Shown here: positions 10,072 through 19,514 of the stretch, piece after piece | How positions within the stretch are numbered: position 1 is the stretch's first letter | Layout: every line of letters begins with the position of its first letter | Assembly: GCA_030592355.1 (NCBI GenBank) | Contig: JAUVJE010000001.1 | Location: forward strand, 1 to 35,921 | DNA length: 35,921 nucleotides | Source of the DNA: Clostridia bacterium | GTDB lineage: Bacteria; Bacillota; Clostridia; DUPQ01 | Reading direction: 5' to 3' | Position numbers and translations under genes: made by a program | Notes under the pieces: generated by a model | Database searches by the model: none | What the model was told of the DNA's origin: nothing | What the model saw: only the letters and a program-made list of their open reading frames with translations

Positions 10072-10805
10072 CTCCTGCCTCCGAAAACCCTGAGGGCATT
10101 TTTATAGTAAATTTTATCTTTTTGGTCCTTCGTCAGGCGGGCTTCCTCTACCTGTGCAATGCACTGTCTGCCTCCCGACGGCATATCAGTTCCAAATAAA
10201 AGCCGGTCTTCACCGATAGCTTCAAAAGCATAATCAATATCGCCGGTTCCAATCATTGTTCCTGAGAAATCCGTATACACATTATCGAGGTCGCTTATAC
10301 ATCTGATTCCAAAATAAACATTGCCTCCCATATGCGCCATTATAATTTTAAGTTCCGGGTAACGAAGGGCAAGGTGCCGTACATTTTCCGCAGTACTTTC
10401 ATTGTCCAGCTGTCCGGTAGCTTTTTGGAATGCATGAACAAGAATGGGCACATTGTATTTAATGCATTTCTCGGCTATATCATCAATCCTGTAATCGTCG
10501 CATTTCGCCGCTACCCATAACTTAACCCCTTCCATCCCGGCGTCAAGTCCTTTTTCCAGAACATCCAGTTTATTATTATGAGTTGGGTCAACATACACAT
10601 ATCCTGAGATTAGTTCCGGCCGTTCTTTCATAAAACCGAGTGTCAGTGAATTGAGGTAATTTATTTCATCGTAATCCGGGTAATGTGAAGCCAGCGATGA
10701 AATATAAACCCTGCTTAAACCAAAGGTCTCGCAGGCCTTTAGGATTGTCCTTTTATCATCTTTATAGTGGTTGGCCCAAAGATGGGCATGTGCGTCGATT
10801 ATCAT
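10068..10805 (-). CDS. Amidohydrolase family 2 metal-dependent hydrolase
   Basis: IIDAHAH, GVKL, PILVH, AHMGG, RLLFGTD, KIYYKNA. Confidence 0.88.
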   Translation of the reverse strand: MIIDAHAHLWANHYKDDKRTILKACETFGLSRVYISSLASHYPDYDEINYLNSLTLGFMKERPELISGYVYVDPTHNNKLDVLEKGLDAGMEGVKLWVAAKCDDYRIDDIAEKCIKYNVPILVHAFQKATGQLDNESTAENVRHLALRYPELKIIMAHMGGNVYFGIRCISDLDNVYTDFSGTMIGTGDIDYAFEAIGEDRLLFGTDMPSGGRQCIAQVEEARLTKDQKDKIYYKNALRVFGGRR

Positions 10806-10962
10806 ATCCTACCCTCATATAGATTATAGCTTTATATTAAAAAAGCCGCAAGAACACACTTACAGCATATTATTTCAATATTGATGCCAACGGTTTGATT
10901 ATCTAATTTTCCCCGTGTTTCGTCTAACATTCCCCATAACCATACAGTCATTCAATTAAAGG

Positions 10963-11241
10963 TTATTCCATCACGGGTTCCGGCTCATCTTCAACTTCTG
11001 CATATTTCTCAAAGATAAGTTTCTCCAGCATTTTCCTGGTTTCTGAGTTAATGGGATGCGCAATGTCTTTAAATTGTCCGTCCGGAGTTTTTCTGCTCGG
11101 CATTGCGATAAATAACCCATTCTGACTTTCAATTACTTTGATGTCATGTACAGCAAAGCATTCATCGATAGTCAAGGAAACCACAGCTTTCATTTTGCCG
11201 CCTGTTGCGATTTTTCTGATGCGTACATCCGTAACTTGCAT
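10963..11241 (-). CDS. spoVG: Septation regulator / RNA-binding protein SpoVG
   Basis: [10 protein letters not shown]...[52 protein letters not shown]. Confidence 0.97.
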   Translation of the reverse strand: MQVTDVRIRKIATGGKMKAVVSLTIDECFAVHDIKVIESQNGLFIAMPSRKTPDGQFKDIAHPINSETRKMLEKLIFEKYAEVEDEPEPVME

Positions 11242-11319
11242 TTCTAGCCCACCTTTCCGCAGATTAGCAAAAATGCTTTTAACAGATTTCTGACATTTAT
11301 TATGTTATCTGTTAATTAG

Positions 11320-11348
11320 ATTATACTCCTATACTTGTCAATTCACAA
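11320..11348 (-). promoter_or_regulatory. Candidate sigmaA promoter of spoVG
   Basis: Minus strand TTGTGA (11343-11348), 17 bp spacer, TATAAT (11320-11325). Confidence 0.5.
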
Positions 11349-11412
11349 ATATACACCCAAATATTGACAAATTTCCTCTATCAGGTAAGCCGAATTTTTA
11401 AAGCGCATATAT

Positions 11413-11445
11413 AAAAAACCCATCTGCGATACAGATGGGTTTTTT
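11413..11445 (-). terminator. Intrinsic (potentially bidirectional) terminator after the MerR-GGDEF gene
   Basis: Perfect inverted repeat AAAAAACCCATCTG-cgata-CAGATGGGTTTTTT, 15 nt past the stop codon. Confidence 0.9.
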
Positions 11446-11460
11446 GAATCTTTTAAATTA

Positions 11461-12390
11461 TTATATAGGTTTTGTATTTAATTTTTCTTTAATGTCTCCT
11501 GTAAAAACCTCTACCCGGTCCCTGCCGTTGTGTTTTGCAAGATACATGGCTGACTCTGCAAGATGCGTGAACTCTTCCGCATTCTTTGGATTAGTATCAA
11601 TATACGCTACTCCAACCGTTACAGTAACAGGTTCCTTAATCCCAAGATAACTGAAATCCATTTCTCTTATTCCCCTACAGATTTTCTGAGCCAGTTCAAG
11701 ACTCTTATTCTTTTCCAGATCGACCCTGATTATAAATTCATCACCGCCTACTCTTTCTAGGTTCGACTTGTATCCCCTGATGATTCCTTCTCCCCCCGGC
11801 AGAAGGTTTACTACCTCGCGGAAAATTGCATCAAGGATAGCATCGCCTATCTTTCGACCGTAATTATCATTGAGGCTTTTGAACTTATCAATATCAAGGA
11901 CCATTGTCGTTATGTTCTTTCCGCTCTTCAGCGCAGTTTGGAGTATTTCCTCGAAACCCCAGTCGAATGCCTTTCCATGGTCAATTGCCATTTTCCCGTT
12001 AAAAACAACCATATCGTTTATCTCCTTTAAATTGACTTTTTTCCCGTCAGGAAGACCTTGGATTACCATCATGAGGTTTTCAATTCCCATGCTTTTAAAT
12101 TGAGCCCTGTCGAGATCAATCCTGGCCTGTGTATATTTCTCGTTTAACCTGAGTATCAAGCTTCCTTTTTCCATCGACAATTTCATCAGGTCGGCTATCT
12201 CTGACAATGAAAATCCCAGGGACTTCAGCATATTGATTATCTTCAGGTCGCGCTCCTGAGAATCATCATAATGCCTATAGCCCGTAAACCTATCGGTCTC
12301 AGCCGGCTCCAGCAGCCCAATTTCCTCGTAGTGATGCAAAGCCCGGACGGTTACCTTATTCTTCCTGGCGAATTCACCTATTTTTAACAT
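11461..12390 (-). CDS. MerR-family HTH fused to a GGDEF (diguanylate cyclase) domain
   Basis: N-terminal LKIGEFA...VRALHHYEEIGLLEP...TGYRHY...LGFSLSEI; C-terminal DIDKFKSLNDNYG, RVGGDEF, VTVTVGVA, AMYLAKHNGRDRV. Confidence 0.92.
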   Translation of the reverse strand: MLKIGEFARKNKVTVRALHHYEEIGLLEPAETDRFTGYRHYDDSQERDLKIINMLKSLGFSLSEIADLMKLSMEKGSLILRLNEKYTQARIDLDRAQFKSMGIENLMMVIQGLPDGKKVNLKEINDMVVFNGKMAIDHGKAFDWGFEEILQTALKSGKNITTMVLDIDKFKSLNDNYGRKIGDAILDAIFREVVNLLPGGEGIIRGYKSNLERVGGDEFIIRVDLEKNKSLELAQKICRGIREMDFSYLGIKEPVTVTVGVAYIDTNPKNAEEFTHLAESAMYLAKHNGRDRVEVFTGDIKEKLNTKPI

Positions 12391-12411
12391 GACATGTCAT
12401 CTCCCGATATA

Positions 12412-12442
12412 AGTATAGACCCTTACGCAAGGTAAGAGTCAA
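12412..12442 (-). promoter_or_regulatory. MerR-type promoter/operator
   Basis: Minus strand TTGACT (12437-12442), 19 bp spacer, TATACT (12412-12417). A dyad GAC-n-CTTAC-n5-GTAAG-n-GTC (12418-12440) overlaps the spacer and -35. Confidence 0.88.
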
Positions 12443-12593
12443 CCCTGGCAGGTTAATTTACTTTCACCATCCGGCAATAATGACATTCCGGCGACTGGTT
12501 CTGATTTTTAATCAACCAGTCTCTTTTCATGACAATATGCCGGATTTACTGCGTTCGGTGCGGCTTTTAGTAACAATTTGTCTATATATACAG

Positions 12594-12618
12594 AAAACCC
12601 GGTCTTTTGACCGGGTTT
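12594..12618 (-). terminator. Intrinsic terminator of the rhamnose operon
   Basis: Minus strand AAACCCGGTC-AAAA-GACCGGGTTTT, 20 nt after the aldolase stop. Confidence 0.8.
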
Positions 12619-12638
12619 AATCGTATTTTTTACGTTGC

Positions 12639-13679
12639 TTATTTTTTCAGAAGGTTTTTCCTGTATTTGACGCCTTCCCAGTTTTTGATGAAATCTATGT
12701 CCTCCTGCTTCATCGGGACGGGAGTCATTTTCTTTGCTTTTGCATTCTCCATGATGTAAGCCAGGGCGACAATGCTTTCTTCCATAGTGAGGGCTTCTTT
12801 ATAATTTGTCTTGTAAATGACTTCCCCGGTCCCCCCGTTAATGTTTATCTTATTCCCGCAGCAGCCATCAGCCACGTTTCCGCTAAGATATGCAGCCTGG
12901 TCAGGATAAAGTATATTCGCCTCGAACCATTTTGAATCACGCCCTGTTCCTTTAAAATAACCTTTCAGTATTTCAGATTTGCTTACGAAAGTATCTTCGC
13001 CTGTTTCTTCAAGTCCTACATATTCAAATTCGTTGGGAAGATCCAGTTCTTCTAGTATTGCTTCGCTTACCATTTCATGGAGCATGACGCACTCGTCGTA
13101 ATCATCTGATGAAACAAGTATGCCGTGGCTTTCCATGAAAATTATCTTAGGCATTACATCGTGGTCATCCAAGAGATGTTTGATTCCCAGGGTAAGGTCA
13201 AACCCGGGAGTGATGTAAGGCACCCATGCATACCCGTATTCGGATTTCCCGAATATTTTATCTGCAATTGATTTGCCTTCCTTTGTACAGCAAAGCAAGT
13301 TTGCATATACGGAATGCGTATGTAATACATAGTCATAAACCAACGAATGGAAACCCGCTTCAACAGACGCCCTCATACCATCCTTAAGTCCGGGAAGAGT
13401 TACGGTATTCGCTTTTACAAATGCGGTGCTGTCCTTATAAAAATCAGTATCTGATTCCAAATCAACTTCTGCATAATATTTTTGGATTTCCTTGTACTTA
13501 ATTACTACGAAACCGTCATCTACCTTCATATCCTTAAGTTTGTAGCCTGACGCCTTTACAGCCATAAATTCGTCATTCAATTTTACGGAGGTGTTTCCAC
13601 CGCCGCCCTGTGCATAGTCTGCCCTGACTCCCAGTGCCTGCGACATTTTTGCAAATTGTTTCAATTTTTTCTCAAACAT
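12639..13679 (-). CDS. Class II aldolase/adducin-family protein, probable rhamnulose-1-phosphate aldolase
   Basis: QGGGGNTSVK, VKASG, ASVEAGFH, VLHTH, YITPG, MESHG; last gene of the rhamnose cluster. Confidence 0.8.
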   Translation of the reverse strand: MFEKKLKQFAKMSQALGVRADYAQGGGGNTSVKLNDEFMAVKASGYKLKDMKVDDGFVVIKYKEIQKYYAEVDLESDTDFYKDSTAFVKANTVTLPGLKDGMRASVEAGFHSLVYDYVLHTHSVYANLLCCTKEGKSIADKIFGKSEYGYAWVPYITPGFDLTLGIKHLLDDHDVMPKIIFMESHGILVSSDDYDECVMLHEMVSEAILEELDLPNEFEYVGLEETGEDTFVSKSEILKGYFKGTGRDSKWFEANILYPDQAAYLSGNVADGCCGNKININGGTGEVIYKTNYKEALTMEESIVALAYIMENAKAKKMTPVPMKQEDIDFIKNWEGVKYRKNLLKK

Positions 13680-13689
13680 TATTTTCTCC

Positions 13690-14904
13690 TTATGACCATC
13701 CCTGGCCGTATCCTCTTTCTCTTTTCTTTTCTTCGTGTCCGCACGCGAGATATGCTTTCATGGGGTCTGTATCCAATCCCATCTCTTCCCTGACCCGGGC
13801 TAACAGAGGACGCACATCAGTTTCAAACGCCTCCCTGACACAGGCTTCCGCACCGAGAACATCGTTATTCATCCTTGCTTCTTCAAGTTTTTTCCTGTCC
13901 ACAAGCAATGCCTTGGCATGTGCGGTCTGTACATTCAGAACAGAACGCAGCATCGCAGGAACCTTTGGCTCTATGCTGTGGCACTGGTCTATCATATATG
14001 ATATGCCTTTTGCGCAGGCACTTGTGCTTTCATCAAGGGTTGCATCAATTATTTCATTGAAAATCAAGAACAGTTCATAAGGTTTGATTGAACCTACGAT
14101 AAGGTCGTCGTCTGCGTATTTCTTATTGTTGAAATGGAATCCGCCAAGTTTTCCCTCATCAATTAAAGTGGCAACTATCTGCTCGATATTAACTTCCTGA
14201 GCATGATGGCCGAGATCTACAAGTACCGTTCCCTTTTTTCCAACCTTATTGGCAAGCAGCATTGACATCCCCCAGTCGTTGATATCAGTATGATAAAACG
14301 CCGGTTCGAATGCCTTATACTCAATAAACATCTTCATATTCTCGTCCATGGCTTTATCAAGGGTAAGAAGACTTTCAATCATCCAGTTCTTCCTTTTTCT
14401 GAAACTGCCCTGTCCGGGGTAATTTGTTCCATCTGCAAACCAAAGGCTGATTTCCTTGGATTTAAATTTTCTGGCTATGTCAACACATTCAATCATGTGG
14501 TCAGTGGCCATTTTCCTGATTGCAGGATCTGCATTGCAAACGCTTCCAAGCATGTATTCATCACTTTGGAAAAGGTTTGGATTAACCGCACCTATTCTGA
14601 GTCCCTTCTGCCTTGCATAGTTGCCTGCATCTTCGTAATCGTCTACTTTATCCCATGGAATATGAACGGCTACGCTGGGACATACACCGGTAAACTTATT
14701 TACCATAGCGGCATCATCCAGCTTTTCATAAAGATTCCTTGGCATCCCGATTTGTTTGAAAACCTTGAACCGAGTCCCGGAATCCCCATATCCCCATGAA
14801 GGCGTCTCAATCGCAAGATCCTTTATGTTCTTTTTAACCCAGTCGGTGCTAAGTCCTGCATTGCCGAGTTTTTCTTCAAGTATTTTATATTCTATATTCA
14901 TCAT
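13690..14904 (-). CDS. rhaI: L-rhamnose isomerase (xylose-isomerase-like, RhaI type)
   Basis: ETPSWGYGDSGTRF, VHIPWD, NPNLFQ, WFADGTNYPGQ, EYKAFEPAFY, DLGHH, FHFNNKKYADDDL, DQCH. Its ATG overlaps the rhaB stop (TAATG). Confidence 0.92.
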   Translation of the reverse strand: MMNIEYKILEEKLGNAGLSTDWVKKNIKDLAIETPSWGYGDSGTRFKVFKQIGMPRNLYEKLDDAAMVNKFTGVCPSVAVHIPWDKVDDYEDAGNYARQKGLRIGAVNPNLFQSDEYMLGSVCNADPAIRKMATDHMIECVDIARKFKSKEISLWFADGTNYPGQGSFRKRKNWMIESLLTLDKAMDENMKMFIEYKAFEPAFYHTDINDWGMSMLLANKVGKKGTVLVDLGHHAQEVNIEQIVATLIDEGKLGGFHFNNKKYADDDLIVGSIKPYELFLIFNEIIDATLDESTSACAKGISYMIDQCHSIEPKVPAMLRSVLNVQTAHAKALLVDRKKLEEARMNNDVLGAEACVREAFETDVRPLLARVREEMGLDTDPMKAYLACGHEEKKRERGYGQGWS

Positions 14905-16382
14905 TACTCCTTCCCAATAATGTCTTTGACAAAATATTTATAAACCTCATCCCACTTCTCAGTATCCTCTGGTTCCCACTTTATTATTTCAAACGAATTC
15001 CTAATGACTTTTCTAGCTTCTTCCATTCCTGAAAGCTGTTTTAATGCTATGAGCTGAGCCATTATATTTCCCGTTGCAGTTGCTTCAATAGGGCCCGTAG
15101 TTATTGTTCTGCCCAGTGCATTTGCAGTAAACTGGGAAATCATAACATTCTTGCAGCCTCCTCCCACTATATGAAGATTTGGTATTTTTTTCCCCACCAC
15201 TTCTTCCAATCCTTCGTATACATATTTGTATTTCAGGGCGAGGCTCTCCATGATGCATTTTACAATCTGCGGTTTATTTTCAGGCACCGGCTGTCCTGTC
15301 CTGCGGCAGAAATCCTGTACTTTCTCCGGCATATGGCCGGTGTGGTAGAAGGAATCGTTGTCAGGGTCAATCAGACTTCTGAATGATTCTGCTTCCCTTG
15401 CTTCAAATTCAAGCTCATCAAATGACATTACTTTGTCTTCTCTGTTCCACTGCCGTCTGCAGTCCTGATATATCCAAAGTCCCATTATGTTTTTTAAAAA
15501 ACGGATTGTCCTGTTGAATCCACCTTCATTTGAATATTCAAGCTCTGCGGCTTTTTCACTAACAATAGGCTGCTTTAGCTCAGTGCCTAAAAGCGACCAT
15601 GTGCCACTGCTTAAAAATGCAAAGTTATCAGTATCAGCCGGAGCGCTAATAACAGCGCTGCCCGTATCATGCGCAGCTACAGAAATTACCGGAACAGGTT
15701 CTATCTGAACTTCATCACAGATTTCATCCTTAAGCATTCCGACGACTTTTCCGCCATCGATTATTTCAGCCAGGAAATGATGCGGAATATTAAGTTTGTC
15801 AAGAAGCGTTCTATCCCAGTCGCCTGTTTTAATATTCAGCATCTGGGCCGTACTGGCAATGCTGTATTCGCTATACATATTACCGGTGAGAAAATAGTTT
15901 AAAAGGTCCGGCATAAAGAGCATTTTATCTGCCCTGGCAAGGAGTTCGGGCCTGGTTTGCTGAAGTGCATAAAGCTGGTAAAGAGTGTTGAACTGCATGA
16001 ATTGAATTCCCGTTCGCTTGTAGATTTCTTCGCGGGGAACAACTTTGTATGCAGCGTCAATCATTCCGTCTGTACGTGCGTCTCTGTAATGCACAGGGTT
16101 TTCAAGAAGCCTGCCGTCTTTATCAAGAAGTCCGAAATCCACTCCCCATGTATCGATCGCAATACTTGATATATCGCCGTGGCCTTTCTTCCGGCATTCG
16201 ATTATGCCGGTTTTCAATTCATGAAAAAGTCTTAAAACGTCCCAGTACATGGTTCCGTTTATATTAACCGGATCATTTGAAAAACGGTGGATCTCCTCGA
16301 GGGTAACCTTCCCGTTATCATATATTCCCAGCATAGCCCTGCCGCTGCTGGCCCCATAATCAAATCCTAAAACTTTTACCAT
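14904..16382 (-). CDS. rhaB: Rhamnulokinase (FGGY family)
   Basis: DYGASSGR, IDTWGVDFGLLD, HYRDART, FNTLYQL, HDTGSA, SSGTWSL, NEGG, LKNIMGLW, EATATGN. Confidence 0.93.
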   Translation of the reverse strand: MVKVLGFDYGASSGRAMLGIYDNGKVTLEEIHRFSNDPVNINGTMYWDVLRLFHELKTGIIECRKKGHGDISSIAIDTWGVDFGLLDKDGRLLENPVHYRDARTDGMIDAAYKVVPREEIYKRTGIQFMQFNTLYQLYALQQTRPELLARADKMLFMPDLLNYFLTGNMYSEYSIASTAQMLNIKTGDWDRTLLDKLNIPHHFLAEIIDGGKVVGMLKDEICDEVQIEPVPVISVAAHDTGSAVISAPADTDNFAFLSSGTWSLLGTELKQPIVSEKAAELEYSNEGGFNRTIRFLKNIMGLWIYQDCRRQWNREDKVMSFDELEFEAREAESFRSLIDPDNDSFYHTGHMPEKVQDFCRRTGQPVPENKPQIVKCIMESLALKYKYVYEGLEEVVGKKIPNLHIVGGGCKNVMISQFTANALGRTITTGPIEATATGNIMAQLIALKQLSGMEEARKVIRNSFEIIKWEPEDTEKWDEVYKYFVKDIIGKE

Positions 16383-16426
16383 AACGTCTCCTTAAGACTC
16401 CAATTTAAATCATTATATATTATCGT

Positions 16427-19400
16427 TTATCTCGAGTAAATGCACACTTGCTCCATCAACCCCCATGGGTGTGTTACATACTGTTTTGTATATAATTCGG
16501 GTTCCGGGTGAAAAGACACAGCGCTTGTCCATTTTTCTCTGGAATTTGAAAGATGCAGCGGTCCGAACATATTTCTCGGAGCACCCATAACTTCAATTTC
16601 AATAAGGTTTTCCCCTTCATTTAGCATGTTGCCGATCTGCATTCTGTTTTTTGCTTTCCATGGAATAATTTGTTCATGTCCGTTTATTCTCACTATTGTA
16701 ACCACATCACTGTATTTACCCAGATCGAGCAGAAGATCGTCTCCCACGGATTTGTCATAGTCAAAATTGTATTTATACTTTATTCCTGCATGGTAATGGA
16801 AGTATCCCTGGAGACCCCAGTCGCCAATTGCCATCATTTCAGATTCTGTCGTAATCCTACGGTCCGGCGATACTCCGAAATCACCGATTACATATATATT
16901 CTCCAGCTCAGTCGATGACATATACCTGCACTCCAGTGTAATGTTGTTTAGTCCTTTCTTTAGCCCGGGGATTTTTATTCTTCCCATGCTTTTATCAACA
17001 AACCAGCCTTCCGGCTTTGAATCAACCTTTTTACCGTTTAGATATACTGTGTAATCATCCGCATCCTCAATAACCAGCTGCGACCATTGCGGAATACTTT
17101 CAACTTCAAAATCGAAAGACACTAAAAGTTTCGTCCCGTCGTTTTTATGTGCTTTGTCAACCCATTTATATCTCTGTGGACCTCTGTTAAGGTATATATC
17201 CCTCATTCCAAGTTTTTCTCTTAAGTTTTTTTGATTTAACCAGATTTCGTCAAGTGCGCCCCATTCTTCTTTTTCAATTTTAAATCTGCACATATCAAGA
17301 ACCAGAACATTTTCATCTGTGCGTTCAAAATCACACAGAGTACCAAGCCCTGCCAGGAATTCGTATGGTTTGTTTTCATCGGCAGCAACCGTCTTATGAC
17401 TGCCTTTTTTATCAAGCATGAATATTTTTGAATCAGTCGAACCGAATTCACAATCAAATTCCACAGAATCCAAAAGCGCCTTATAAGGAACCTTTTTTAT
17501 CTCTCCTGTCAGTGGGTCCCATTCCTCAAGGCTTCCCGTTCCTTTTAAAACAACGGTAGTTTTATATCCGGTTTCCTTGTCATTGTTAATGGCAAAAAGC
17601 ATCGTCACATCCCCCATGTTGCGCACCATGGTGAATATGTTTTCAGCCTCCGTCCCATGGGATAGTTTTATACTGACATTTCTGTTTAAATGTGACACGG
17701 TTTCTGAAATTTTATCCGTTCTGATGAAATTCGGGTTATTCAACAATTCATTTAATGAGTCGGACAATGTTCCCTCAATATATTTAAGCCCGCTGCTTTG
17801 ACAAATTACCTGTCCGCCTGAATTCATAAAATCTTTGAGCAAATTCACCGTATTCTGATACAGGTTTTCAGTTCCCGGCATAATAATTACCTTTTGGTAT
17901 TCCATTTCGCCTATTTTCATTTTCCCATCGTGGGCGTTTCCCAGCATAGCCATGATTTCCTCATCACCGTAATCAAAAGAGATATGATTGGACATAAGAT
18001 TTTTTGTGTAGTCATTGAGCCGGTATCCAACCTCATTTAATTTCAACTGCATTTTCTGTAAACGAGTATCATCCGGCTTGATTTCTGCATTTAACCAGGC
18101 TGTTGACAGAGGGTGAATAAGCAGTGCATCTAATATGGGATTGCCTTTGGACGTGAGTGCGCCAATACGCGCAAAATAGTCTTCAACCACATTATTATAT
18201 TTCCACCACGGGGTTTGGTAATTGAATACGGGTGGATAATCCCTTTTTCTGCAACCTTTCATTGAATACCATGTAAGATGCTGGCATCTGAGGTTAATTC
18301 CCTGGATATACTGGTAATCCCCAATCCATTTCTGCCCTTCAAATGAAAATTGCCAACCGGACACTCCGTAAGTTTCAGACAACATCCTTTTTCTTCCCGT
18401 TTGATTAGCAACGGAAGTACACCCCTTAATGGTCATATACTCAATAGTCTGGTCCCTTAGCATATCAATACCGGGGATATGCTGATAAAAATAGTTAAGC
18501 ATCAATCCTCCCGAAAGAAGGATATATGATCCAAGATTATTTTCCGCCAGCCAGTGTCCTGTGAACATAATGTTGTTTTCATCACACCAGTCGTAAAGCT
18601 GTTTTGAGAAGTGCTCCGCAAACATTTCGCCTATGGTTCTGAAATAGTCGTGTTTTGCAGCTTTTGACCCATCGCTTTCAATGAAAAGCAACGGTAGGAT
18701 TTTTTCTATTTCATATCCTCTCTTCTCTAAGAAGAATTCCGGCAATTCATAAGTAAACGCAAGTCTTGAATCTTTATCTTCATATTCATATATCGAGGAA
18801 GCTATGTTGGGTTCATCAGTGAAAATACCCGGTATTGTCTTTCCAAATTCACTCCCAAATCGCTTTTTGTATGGTTCATATGATGTTTCAATGAATTTCT
18901 TTACTGTGTCTTTATTGATATTGTCAGCGGGAGGAGTGTCGTTGAACCACTCCATGGGAGGAAGGTAATCAAGCTGAATGTGCAGGTATATTTCGGATTC
19001 GCTCTTTTCTTCATCCTTGGAAAGAAGCCTCAGTTTTTGTATTTTCCCCTGATTCATTACTGCGGAATAAGTATAAAGTATTTCTTTTTTTGGGTTCCTG
19101 TTTTCATAAAATCTTATGGATATTCCCTTTGCTCCGTTTTCCTTAATGCAGGTTACTTTCCCGCCGGCAGCACCTGAGGGCCATCTGTCTTCGTCATACA
19201 GCCATGCCAGCGTCCCGTCTTCTTTTGCCTGTTCTACACATGCCTGCACACTGTCCATCCAGTCTTTACCAAGATATTCTGACTCAAGCCCCACTCTGGA
19301 ATGCATGAAATATCCGCCCATTCCTTTTTCAATCATGTCTTTTGCCTGAACCTTGACTTCAGCCGGGTCCATTCTGTCGTTCCACGACCAAAAGGGCGCC

Positions 19401-19456
19401 GACCTATCAATGGGCTCCGGGTTTAAAAATGCTTTTTTTATTTCTGAATACTTCAT
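16427..19456 (-). CDS. GH106-like glycoside hydrolase (probable alpha-L-rhamnosidase)
   Basis: PFWSWND, GGYFMHSR, WLYDEDRWPSGAAGG, FTDEP, PGID, SETYG; 1009 aa, no signal peptide, adjacent to rha genes. Confidence 0.8.
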   Translation of the reverse strand: MKYSEIKKAFLNPEPIDRSAPFWSWNDRMDPAEVKVQAKDMIEKGMGGYFMHSRVGLESEYLGKDWMDSVQACVEQAKEDGTLAWLYDEDRWPSGAAGGKVTCIKENGAKGISIRFYENRNPKKEILYTYSAVMNQGKIQKLRLLSKDEEKSESEIYLHIQLDYLPPMEWFNDTPPADNINKDTVKKFIETSYEPYKKRFGSEFGKTIPGIFTDEPNIASSIYEYEDKDSRLAFTYELPEFFLEKRGYEIEKILPLLFIESDGSKAAKHDYFRTIGEMFAEHFSKQLYDWCDENNIMFTGHWLAENNLGSYILLSGGLMLNYFYQHIPGIDMLRDQTIEYMTIKGCTSVANQTGRKRMLSETYGVSGWQFSFEGQKWIGDYQYIQGINLRCQHLTWYSMKGCRKRDYPPVFNYQTPWWKYNNVVEDYFARIGALTSKGNPILDALLIHPLSTAWLNAEIKPDDTRLQKMQLKLNEVGYRLNDYTKNLMSNHISFDYGDEEIMAMLGNAHDGKMKIGEMEYQKVIIMPGTENLYQNTVNLLKDFMNSGGQVICQSSGLKYIEGTLSDSLNELLNNPNFIRTDKISETVSHLNRNVSIKLSHGTEAENIFTMVRNMGDVTMLFAINNDKETGYKTTVVLKGTGSLEEWDPLTGEIKKVPYKALLDSVEFDCEFGSTDSKIFMLDKKGSHKTVAADENKPYEFLAGLGTLCDFERTDENVLVLDMCRFKIEKEEWGALDEIWLNQKNLREKLGMRDIYLNRGPQRYKWVDKAHKNDGTKLLVSFDFEVESIPQWSQLVIEDADDYTVYLNGKKVDSKPEGWFVDKSMGRIKIPGLKKGLNNITLECRYMSSTELENIYVIGDFGVSPDRRITTESEMMAIGDWGLQGYFHYHAGIKYKYNFDYDKSVGDDLLLDLGKYSDVVTIVRINGHEQIIPWKAKNRMQIGNMLNEGENLIEIEVMGAPRNMFGPLHLSNSREKWTSAVSFHPEPELYTKQYVTHPWGLMEQVCIYSR

Positions 19457-19514
19457 ATAATGCCCTCCGTTAAAATTGTTTCCCGGAATTTTACTTTAAA
19501 ACCAAAAAAATCAA

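Noticed and set aside
12447..12460. GGCAGGTTAA-n-TTA shared with 35041-35054
   Set aside because: A short match in only two places, plausibly chance; no dyad or consistent promoter position.
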